Source: Candidatus Iainarchaeum sp. (GTDB lineage: Archaea > B1Sed10-29 > WALL01). Taken from it: DNA of 64,000 nucleotides. A model generated the notes under the pieces. That model did no database searches. It was not told the origin of the DNA and saw only the letters and a list, made by a program, of their open reading frames with translations. The stretch spans positions 1 through 64,000 of the forward strand of contig JAGMCR010000004.1 of NCBI GenBank assembly GCA_023129115.1, given 5' to 3'. The position numbers and the translations under genes are program-made. Positions 47,833-55,319 of the stretch are shown here, in pieces (the first letter of the stretch is position 1; every line of letters begins with the position of its first letter).

Positions 47833-48466
47833 CCACAGTGCGCGCAGACCGTATTTCATACGTCCCGCGCACGCCGTCCCACTTCTTTTCCGCTTCAGCA
47901 ATCTCAAGCCTCTTCCCGAAAAAAGGGGCGTCCACGACAAGCGTCTCGAACTCGCCGCCCTCCCCAACCGGCGACAGCTGCATCGACCGCAACTCCTCGG
48001 CAGCCCCTTCGTCCAGCCGCCTGCCGAGCCAATCCTCGCCAAGCCCCTCGGCGTACACGCCAACAATAACTATCTCCATCCCACTGCCCAATTCTTCCGC
48101 CAATACTTCTTCCTGTGGCCTCTGCCAGAGCGGCGCAACGCTCTCGATGCCCAGGTCGGCACAAATCTTGTCAATCCGCGTCTTCTGGTAGCTGCTCGCG
48201 ACCGCGCCGCTAAAAACTTTTTCGGGCTTCAGCCACTCCAGCGCCCGGCGCAAGTCCTCCAATTCCTTTTCCTTTTCGCCGGCTGTTTCCTCGACAACAA
48301 TGTCTTTCCCCATGCACTCCGCGAGCTGCGGGGCCAGCGAAATATTTGGGTGGTGGAACATGTAAGAGTCCTCGCGCTGCGGCACCATCGTCAACAGCGT
48401 GCACTCGCCAGCGAGGTGCGCGCAGTAAGTAGAGTCCTTTCCCCCCGAAAAAAGAGTTACAATCAT
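47822..48466 (-). CDS. dph6: Diphthine--ammonia ligase
   Basis: LFSGGKDS PP-loop, SYMFH, GAVAS.YQ, PLW, GEGGEFET.V.DAP. Confidence 0.93.
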   Translation of the reverse strand: MIVTLFSGGKDSTYCAHLAGECTLLTMVPQREDSYMFHHPNISLAPQLAECMGKDIVVEETAGEKEKELEDLRRALEWLKPEKVFSGAVASSYQKTRIDKICADLGIESVAPLWQRPQEEVLAEELGSGMEIVIVGVYAEGLGEDWLGRRLDEGAAEELRSMQLSPVGEGGEFETLVVDAPFFGKRLEIAEAEKKWDGVRGTYEIRSARTVAKE

Positions 48467-48470
48467 TTAC

Positions 48471-48965
48471 TCACCTGGGGGGCTTGTTCGGAACGTAACT
48501 CATCTTGTACGCCTTGACGTAAATCGTTACCTCGGTCTCCTTTATTATGTCAGAAAACTTGTTCTTCAACTTCTTGACAAGCTCCTGGAAGTGCCCCGGC
48601 GTCTCGGCGTAAAACTCGACACCAAAGTCCCACCTCCCGAGCGAGCTGAACGCAAACACTATCTCGGGATTCTTTATCACGTGGTCCATGAACTCCTGCT
48701 CCCGCTCCTCGGTAAGGTCCTTGAAAGTCAGCCGCAAGTGGCCCCACACGTCATAGCCCAGCCGCGGCAGGTTCGTCACAGTGAGAAACGCGGCAATCAC
48801 GTCCTCGTCAATAAGCTTCTTGAGCCTGTACTTGACAACGTCCCTGTTCATGTTCAGCTCGTGGGATATCCTGCTTATCGGCAGCCTCGCGTTCTGCGAA
48901 AGCAGGTTCAGGATTTTCCAGTCCTTCTCGTCAAGCTTTGCCCTATCGCCATAAGTGAGCTGCAT
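48471..48965 (-). CDS. Lrp/AsnC-family regulator
   Basis: LD.KD.KIL..L..NAR.....I...L.....V..R.KKL; C-terminal G.WDF RAM-like domain. Confidence 0.9.
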   Translation of the reverse strand: MQLTYGDRAKLDEKDWKILNLLSQNARLPISRISHELNMNRDVVKYRLKKLIDEDVIAAFLTVTNLPRLGYDVWGHLRLTFKDLTEEREQEFMDHVIKNPEIVFAFSSLGRWDFGVEFYAETPGHFQELVKKLKNKFSDIIKETEVTIYVKAYKMSYVPNKPPR

Positions 48966-49004
48966 TCCACCTTTATATTTACTTTCAAAAGCAAATCGTG
49001 GCAT

Positions 49005-49023
49005 ATTACCCATTATGGGTAAT
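49005..49023. promoter_or_regulatory. Perfect inverted repeat (candidate operator)
   Basis: ATTACCCAT-T-ATGGGTAAT between the divergent Lrp and deoxyribosyltransferase-like genes. Confidence 0.5.
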
Positions 49024-49101
49024 TATCTATATAAACCTTATTGTTTTGGGCAAAATGGGGGCGAAAACTAATTGTTAAGGGGCTCCCATAATTACTGTGG
49101 T

Positions 49102-49533
49102 ATGCGAATATTTCTAGCGGGGCCGTTCACCGCCAAAATCTGCCCTGACGAAGGGGCCATGCGCCATGACGACATCTCGCTTGTCCAAGGCCTCATATCG
49201 CTTTTCGAGGTAAAAGGGCACGAGGTCTTCAGTGCCCACAGGCGCGAGGACTACGGGCGAGCCCTCCTCCCCCCGCATGAATGTACTCAGAAAGACTACG
49301 AGGAAATGAAGTCTTGCGACATTGTTGTAGCCCACCCAGGCAACCCGCCGTCAGGCGGCGTACACATAGAACTTGGCTGGGCTTCCGTCCTCGGGAAGCC
49401 CAGCATTCTTTTGCTTGAGCATGGCAAAGACTATTCTCCGCTGGTGCATGGCCTCGGCTCTCTTTCAGAAGTAGAATACATACACTTCAAGGACCACAGC
49501 GACTTGTTCCAAAAGCTAGAGACAAGATTCTAA
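49102..49533 (+). CDS. Nucleoside 2-deoxyribosyltransferase / nucleotide N-hydrolase family protein
   Basis: IFLAGPF, D......DIVVA, SGGVHIELGWA..LGKP. Confidence 0.85.
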   Translation: MRIFLAGPFTAKICPDEGAMRHDDISLVQGLISLFEVKGHEVFSAHRREDYGRALLPPHECTQKDYEEMKSCDIVVAHPGNPPSGGVHIELGWASVLGKPSILLLEHGKDYSPLVHGLGSLSEVEYIHFKDHSDLFQKLETRF

Positions 49534-49877
49534 ATGCCCTCGAGCTTTCCCTGCTTGCGCAGGTAGCTCACCTGGTGCTTCTTGTACTTCCAGACGACGT
49601 CGCCCTTCTCGTCGCCCTGGATTTCCCACGGCTCCACAATGACGTAGTCCCCCTCCCTCGCGTACACGCGGCGCCGCGCGCGGCCCGGGATGCGGCAAAG
49701 CCTGCGCCTGCCGTCACTGCAGTCGACGTACATCCTCTTCCCGCCGAGCAATTGCTCGATGTAGCCAATGACTTCCTTGCCCTTTGGCATCTTTGTCCTG
49801 GAGATTTCCTGCTGGATGCGCTCTTCATCGGTGAGCCCATCGTCCTTCTTCTTTTGCCAGGGCTTCTTGTACGCCAT
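49530..49877 (-). CDS. eif1a: Translation initiation factor aIF-1A
   Basis: LGG.RM.V.C.DG..RLCRIPG, REGDYVIVEPW, KGDVVWKY. Confidence 0.95.
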   Translation of the reverse strand: MAYKKPWQKKKDDGLTDEERIQQEISRTKMPKGKEVIGYIEQLLGGKRMYVDCSDGRRRLCRIPGRARRRVYAREGDYVIVEPWEIQGDEKGDVVWKYKKHQVSYLRKQGKLEGI

Positions 49878-50162
49878 TTACAACATCCTCACTATTTGCG
49901 CGTGCGGCACGCCGCCAACGTCGGTGACACCGCCCTCGCGCACGAGACCTTTCTTCTTAGCTATGTTTATAACCGTTTCCCCGGTCAAGTTCGCAATCGT
50001 ACACTCGTCAAGCATTTTCCCGAACTCTTCTTCCGTGACTTTTTCGCTGCCGTAAAACCGCTCGCTGACCGTGAAGCCATCAAGCTCTTTCCCCAGCAAG
50101 TCCGCGTCGCACGCCGCCAATAACTTGTCGCGGCCGTGCATGTGAAACCTCGCGCAAATCAC
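49878..50162 (-). CDS. DUF424 family protein
   Basis: LAACD.DLLGK, SERFYG, IANL.G, GVPHAQ. Confidence 0.9.
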   Translation of the reverse strand: MICARFHMHGRDKLLAACDADLLGKELDGFTVSERFYGSEKVTEEEFGKMLDECTIANLTGETVINIAKKKGLVREGGVTDVGGVPHAQIVRML

Positions 50163-50569
50163 TTAATCACCGAAACCGGCGACCGCGCCCCGCAGGCCTC
50201 GCAGCGCATGAAGTTCACGCCGCCCTGCGTCAGCAGGTTCGTGTCCGGCTTGCCGCACTCCGTGCACAAGACGTATTCCTTGACGTACTTCTCGAGCCGC
50301 CCGTTCAGCGTCTTGTCGCGGTGCTTGCCCTTCAGGATTAAGCGCCTGCCGTCCAGGTCCGCCGGCGTCGCCAGTTCCTTCGACAAGAACTTCATCAAGT
50401 GCTTCTCGTCCCGGCGCAGCGCACCTGTAACGTCGGTAAAGTTCTGTATGATTGTCTGGTTGCCCTGTATGAAGGACTCGAATACAGGCATCTTGAACCG
50501 CGCCTTTTCCTTCGCGGTCTCCGGCAGTTCCGAGAACGCCTTTTCCATAAGTGCATTATAGCCTTCCAC
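50159..50569 (-). CDS. eif2b: Translation initiation factor aIF-2 beta
   Basis: RF..P, TII.NF, FL.KELAT, YV.C.ECG.PDT...C.ACGA zinc ribbon. Confidence 0.95.
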   Translation of the reverse strand: MEGYNALMEKAFSELPETAKEKARFKMPVFESFIQGNQTIIQNFTDVTGALRRDEKHLMKFLSKELATPADLDGRRLILKGKHRDKTLNGRLEKYVKEYVLCTECGKPDTNLLTQGGVNFMRCEACGARSPVSVIK

Positions 50570-50572
50570 TTT

Positions 50573-50944
50573 TCACACCTCTATTTCAGTGATTTCCGAC
50601 TTGGGCGCCAGCTCGAGCCTCCTCAGCTCCAGCCACTCCGGCCCAACCGGCCTGATTATTTCTGCGCTGATGAACCTCTCGCCGTCTTTCTCGCGCACCT
50701 TCCCGACCACGCGCACGGCCTCGCCCTCCTTCGCGGACAGCCCGTCGAACGACAGCACTTTTATCTCGCCGGTGCCGTCGTCCAGCACCATTGGGCTCTC
50801 CGTGACAATCGTGCCCACCACGTTGCACCGGTTGATTTCCTTGAGCCCGACGCGCACGAACGCGGGGTCGTACTCGCCTTGCGAGGCCTTGAACTCGCCG
50901 CCGAGCAAGTCGGCCACCGAGACCTTGTACGCAGTGCTCCTCAG
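50573..50944 (-). CDS. Single OB-fold nucleic-acid-binding protein (RPA32-like); start codon uncertain
   Basis: AYKV.V.DL, R.NVVGT, LDDGTG.I, V.VVGK.RE, I.AEII, W.ELR.LE. Confidence 0.8.
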   Translation of the reverse strand: MRSTAYKVSVADLLGGEFKASQGEYDPAFVRVGLKEINRCNVVGTIVTESPMVLDDGTGEIKVLSFDGLSAKEGEAVRVVGKVREKDGERFISAEIIRPVGPEWLELRRLELAPKSEITEIEV

Positions 50945-51765
50945 AACACCACCCCCGCAAGCACTGCGATGGACCACCCGATTATCGCGCCCAGCGTCAC
51001 CGGCGGCAGCGCGGGGTAGGCGCGCCCCGGCCGCTTGAACAGCCAGGCGAAGAACAGTATCAAGCAAAGCATCGAGCCCGTGACCGTGGAGAGCGCGGTC
51101 ACCAGCCCGAACTCCCGCAGCACTGCCACGGAAAACACGAGTGGCATCACCAAATCACCGCCGCCCAATTGGAACGTGTGCTTCTTCGTGGGAATTGCCA
51201 GGGTGAACGCAAGCTGCTGCTTAGTGATTTCCTTTGCCATGGTGACCATGTGCTTGGTCTTGAACACTGCAATCACGTCGTACACAGTCAGCAATCCCAA
51301 CAAGATAATCGCGGGCAGGAACCCGAGCTGCGCGCCGAGCAGCGCGCCCACGCCGATTATCGAAAGCAGTATCGCGACGTTCTGCGTCAAAATGTTTTTC
51401 CAGAACACGCGCGACGCAGTGATGGCGAGCGCGAGAGTCAGCGCAACAATGAACGCAGTGGACTCGGGCACGAACCCAAGCAAAAGCACTTCGAAAAATA
51501 TTTCTGTGGAAACAAAAATCGCGAGGAGCTCCATCACCTTGAGGAAATTCTTCCAGTACTTGATTATCAGCAGCACAAACGCGGTCGCTATGAGTATGTA
51601 CAGGAATATGCCGGCCCCCCACACGGCTTCCGTCATTGGCTCAATCTCGGGCAGCGCAATCAATTTGCTGCCGAGGTACAGCCCGAACGCCTGCACCACG
51701 AGGAACAATCCCAGCAGCGCCAGCACGACCTTCTGGCCGGGGCTGATTTTCTTTTGCTTCGCCAT
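50941..51765 (-). CDS. Presenilin/SPP-family intramembrane aspartyl protease
   Basis: YD.IAV.KTKHM, LGGGD and PALP motifs in a multi-pass membrane protein. Confidence 0.9.
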   Translation of the reverse strand: MAKQKKISPGQKVVLALLGLFLVVQAFGLYLGSKLIALPEIEPMTEAVWGAGIFLYILIATAFVLLIIKYWKNFLKVMELLAIFVSTEIFFEVLLLGFVPESTAFIVALTLALAITASRVFWKNILTQNVAILLSIIGVGALLGAQLGFLPAIILLGLLTVYDVIAVFKTKHMVTMAKEITKQQLAFTLAIPTKKHTFQLGGGDLVMPLVFSVAVLREFGLVTALSTVTGSMLCLILFFAWLFKRPGRAYPALPPVTLGAIIGWSIAVLAGVVF

Positions 51766-51790
51766 GAGCGTTAGTTAAGAAGGGGGTTGT

Positions 51791-52421
51791 TTAAAAAAGC
51801 TTGTTGGTTTTTACGCCGAGCCCTGCCAGCCCCTCAATTATCCTGCTTGGCGGGTGCTCGCCCGCCTGGTAGTGGATTGTGGCGAACCCCATTTCCCTCG
51901 CGACCTCCAGATTGGGCAAAGAATTGTCTATGAACACGCATTCTTCCGCCGCCAACCCCGCCCGCTTCAGCGCCTCTTCAAAAATCTTTTTCCCTTTTTG
52001 CTTTTTCGTCGAGTGGACGTAACAAGACACGGCCACGGGGTCGAACAACCCATAAAACCCTTCCCTCAGCAAGAGCCTTTCGGCGCGATACGCGCTGTTG
52101 TCTGTTATCATTCCGACTATGTAATTCTGCTTCAGCCGCCTCGCGATTTCTATGGCCGGCGGGTTCGGCCGCGCCACGTCAATCGCTTCGTCCAGCAGCG
52201 CCAGGCCCGGCTTTATCCCCAGTGCGCTGCAGAAGCGGGCCCACAGCTCGGCCAGCGGCCCGTCCCCGTCGTCAATGCCATAAAGGATTTCGTCAATTTT
52301 TGGCGACCTCTTCTTCCGCTATCCCTGTTCTTTCGCTGACTACCCGAATCATGAGTTCCCGGCCCGTGTTCTTCATCAGCAACACGCCGTCCAGGTCAAA
52401 AAACACTGCCTTTATTTTCAT
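51791..52421 (-). pseudogene. HAD-family phosphatase with a 1-nt frameshift
   Basis: MKIKAVFFDLDGVL begins at 52421 and stops at GCC AAA AAT TGA (about 52293); removing one A from the A5 run joins it to the frame carrying ITDN, K..IF and FIDN motifs. Confidence 0.8.
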
Positions 52422-52566
52422 GAGGCTTACCTGTCTCGCCACTTTGGCGGATTGGGGGATATGCCAACTGGCATCCCCCTAATGCACTTACCCGTCTTCC
52501 GCCGTCTTGAACAGCTGAAATCTCAGCTGGCACGATGCCCGTACTCGCTGTGCTGTGCAAGCGTGC

Positions 52567-54654
52567 TTAACGGCTCCCTGCGCTTCTGTATTGCCCGTGC
52601 TTCGGTTCGTACACGTACCCGTCCTTTTTGAGAATCGCGAGCAAGGAGTCAATGTCCTTCACGTCGAGCCCTGCGTTCTTGGCTTCTTCGACAATCATGT
52701 CCTTCGTCACAACATCGTACTCCTTCGTCAAGTTTTTGATAACTGATTCCAAGCTCCTCACCTTGTCCATCTTGGACTGCGTGTGCCCGGTCGCGATGAT
52801 GTCCGCGTCGAACATCCCGGTCTCGGGGTCAATCCCAATCTCGTGCATCACGAACATGTGCAGGCGAATAGACCGTTCCGCGTCCTCAATCTCGACGCGT
52901 GAGCTAAGCCTCCCCCGCGCGCTCGCCTCCCCCAAACGCACAAGCGCCTCGAGCTGCCTCGGCGTCGTCGCGACCGTGCCCTGCCTCTCGCCAAGCGCCC
53001 TCAAGTCAACGTAATACTCTTCAATCTTGCTCATTGCCTCGGGCGTCAGCACGGGGCTAATGTTGCGCCGCGCGTACGCGATGTACTTCCTCAACAATTC
53101 CGGGTCCAGCACGGGCATAATCTTTTCCTCTGCCCTAGCCAATTCCTCGTCCGTCAGCACTCCCTCCGCTCCCGTGCCACGGATTCCCGAGGTCTGGTGC
53201 GCCGACAAAATGTGCTGGGCCATTGCCCTGTCTTTTTTCTCGTCAAGCACGTCCTTAATCGGGAAAATCAAGTCAAACCTGCTCAACAGGGTTGGTGGAA
53301 TGTTGAACTGCTCCGCCGGCAACGACATCGGGTCGAACCGCCCGTACTTTGGGTTCGCCGCCGCAAGAATAGATGTCTCGCTCTTGAATGTCGTCACAAT
53401 CCCTGCCTTGGCGATTGAAATCCTCTGCTGCTCCATCGCCTCGTGCATCGCGCTGCGGTCCTCGTCGCCCATCTTGTCGAACTCGTCAATGCACGCGTGC
53501 CCGCCGCTGGCCAATACAAGCGCGCCGGCCTTCAGCGTCCAGCCGCCCTCACCGAACTCGTCTTTTTCTGCCGTGGCCGTGAGGCCAGCACCAGTGGCGC
53601 TCTTGCCGCCCACGAAAACGCCTTTCGGCGCAAGATTATACACGTAGTTAAGCAATTGTGATTTTGCTGTCCCCGGGTCGCCAATCAGGAGGATGTGCAT
53701 GTCCGCCCGAATCTTCATGCCGTCCGGAAGCTTCTTGTTCTTTGTGCCGCCAAACAATTGCAGCGCCAGCGCCTCCTTGATTTCATTGTGGCCGTAAATG
53801 CTCGGCGCCACCGACCCAATCAGCTTAGAGTAAATCTTTGGGTCGTCCCCGAACTCTTTTATCTGTGCCTCTTCTTCCTCGGTTAGCTCGATTTCCTCGA
53901 ACTCGCACTCGATTTGCTGCACGTGCACGGCATGAATATAAATTGAGTAGACCGCGCTCTTGTGCTTCGGCGGAATCAGCCTGAGTATCCCGGTAATCTC
54001 TACTTTGTCGCCGGCGAACAGCTTGTTCGTCAGGTCCCCCTCCATCCAAATGTCAATGTTTTTCGCTTGCTCGCCGCGCACCAATGCCTCGAGCGGCTCC
54101 TGGACCTGCATCTTCTGCATGTCCGTGAACCGCGTCTCGTCCAGCATCAGCTTGAACGCGTTGCGCTCGCACTGCGGGCACCGAATCGGCTCGTTCAATT
54201 TCCCGAACAGCTCGCCGGTCTGGTCGACCGTGATTCGCCTGCCGTCGTGCATGCACTCAAAAACCGCTACCTCGACTTTGGGCCGCACGTCAGTAATCTT
54301 ATTTATGACGCCCTCGATAGAGACGAACTTGTTGATGTGTGTCGAGTTGATGTTTCGTATCAAGATGCTCTGCGGCAAATTGAAGAACCGAACCCTTGGC
54401 GCCACGCGGTCGCCCTCGGTGTTCACCAATCCCTGGCTCGCGAGCGCCTCTTCGCTCGCCTTGATAATCGTGTCCGGGTTTTCAATCAAGTCGTCCGCGA
54501 TTTCGGGGGAATGCTTTTCCAGCAGGGCGTAGTCCACCGCGATGCTGTTCGTGTCCGGCCAGTACTCCGCGAGCTTCTCCATATCCTTCTTGTAATTGTC
54601 GCGGAAAAAGTCTTCCAGTTCCTGCACGTATGAAGTACTGACTATCCTTAACAC
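52567..54654 (-). CDS. mcm: Replicative helicase MCM; start uncertain (54654, 54645 or 54627)
   Basis: GDPGTAKSQ, IDEFDKM, MEQQ.ISIAKAG, AAANP, SRFD; no intein. Confidence 0.96.
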   Translation of the reverse strand: MLRIVSTSYVQELEDFFRDNYKKDMEKLAEYWPDTNSIAVDYALLEKHSPEIADDLIENPDTIIKASEEALASQGLVNTEGDRVAPRVRFFNLPQSILIRNINSTHINKFVSIEGVINKITDVRPKVEVAVFECMHDGRRITVDQTGELFGKLNEPIRCPQCERNAFKLMLDETRFTDMQKMQVQEPLEALVRGEQAKNIDIWMEGDLTNKLFAGDKVEITGILRLIPPKHKSAVYSIYIHAVHVQQIECEFEEIELTEEEEAQIKEFGDDPKIYSKLIGSVAPSIYGHNEIKEALALQLFGGTKNKKLPDGMKIRADMHILLIGDPGTAKSQLLNYVYNLAPKGVFVGGKSATGAGLTATAEKDEFGEGGWTLKAGALVLASGGHACIDEFDKMGDEDRSAMHEAMEQQRISIAKAGIVTTFKSETSILAAANPKYGRFDPMSLPAEQFNIPPTLLSRFDLIFPIKDVLDEKKDRAMAQHILSAHQTSGIRGTGAEGVLTDEELARAEEKIMPVLDPELLRKYIAYARRNISPVLTPEAMSKIEEYYVDLRALGERQGTVATTPRQLEALVRLGEASARGRLSSRVEIEDAERSIRLHMFVMHEIGIDPETGMFDADIIATGHTQSKMDKVRSLESVIKNLTKEYDVVTKDMIVEEAKNAGLDVKDIDSLLAILKKDGYVYEPKHGQYRSAGSR

Positions 54655-54725
54655 CTCGGGCCTTCTGTTAGGATTAGTGGCATATTTAAAATCCCCCCAT
54701 ACTTCCGGTATTAGGAGGTGGTCTG

Positions 54726-54812
54726 CGCGGGGCGCGGGATTTGAACCCGCGTAGGCCCAGGTGACCAACCTGTCCCTCAAACAGGCACATTACCATGCTC
54801 TGCCAGCCCCGC
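54726..54812 (-). tRNA. tRNA-Leu(GAG) with a long variable arm
   Basis: Acceptor GCGGGGC/GCCCCGC; CCTGT-TT-GAG-GG-ACAGG; GCGGG-TTCAAAT-CCCGC. Confidence 0.88.
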
Positions 54813-54963
54813 ACCAAAACAGTTAAATATGTGGTTTTCCATAGTTTTTCCACAGGTGACCAACCGGCTCTGCCGGCTCTTTCTTTTTTTATTAATTAAA
54901 GACAGTTTCTACTACGGCTTGCCGAGAAAACCATTAAATAACACCTTGAATACAATGGTATTC

Positions 54964-55233
54964 ATGTCCACTGTCGTGACCACGGTGCGCTTGCCGGCGC
55001 GGGTGAAGCAGGAGGCAGAGTCCCTTGTGCATAAGGGATTGTTCAAGAACTTTTCGGATGTGGTGCTCGCGGGCCTTCGCCGCGAGATAAACGCGCACAC
55101 GGCGCGCGAGGCGCGGGAACAGGTGTGGCGTGATTACCTGGAGCGCAGTGGCGGCGATGCTGAAAAGGCCAGCAGGCTTTACTTGAGGGACGCTGAGGAG
55201 TACCAAAAAAAGCATCCAGGGCTTTTCAAATGA
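54964..55233 (+). CDS. Ribbon-helix-helix (CopG/ParD-like) protein
   Basis: TVRLP......E.LV.KG.FKN.SDVV.AGLR pattern. Confidence 0.75.
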   Translation: MSTVVTTVRLPARVKQEAESLVHKGLFKNFSDVVLAGLRREINAHTAREAREQVWRDYLERSGGDAEKASRLYLRDAEEYQKKHPGLFK

Positions 55234-55319
55234 AGTCCCGGGGATGAACCACTTTTACGCCAACAATTCTCCCGAGCTCTTGCCAGTGCCTGTCTGGTGA
55301 CACCGCGGTCGCTCCCGCG

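Noticed and set aside
54655-54780. N-terminal extension of MCM in the ORF track
   Set aside because: It runs through the tRNA-Leu gene and the probable promoter; the real start is near 54627-54654.
54726-54812. Leu-to-Ser codon reassignment suggested by G73
   Set aside because: CTC/CTT codons fall at conserved Leu positions in FEN1, TrpRS, ValRS and MetK.
54964-55300. RHH gene as the antitoxin of a complete toxin-antitoxin pair
   Set aside because: The overlapping downstream ATG gives only five codons and no toxin ORF is adjacent.
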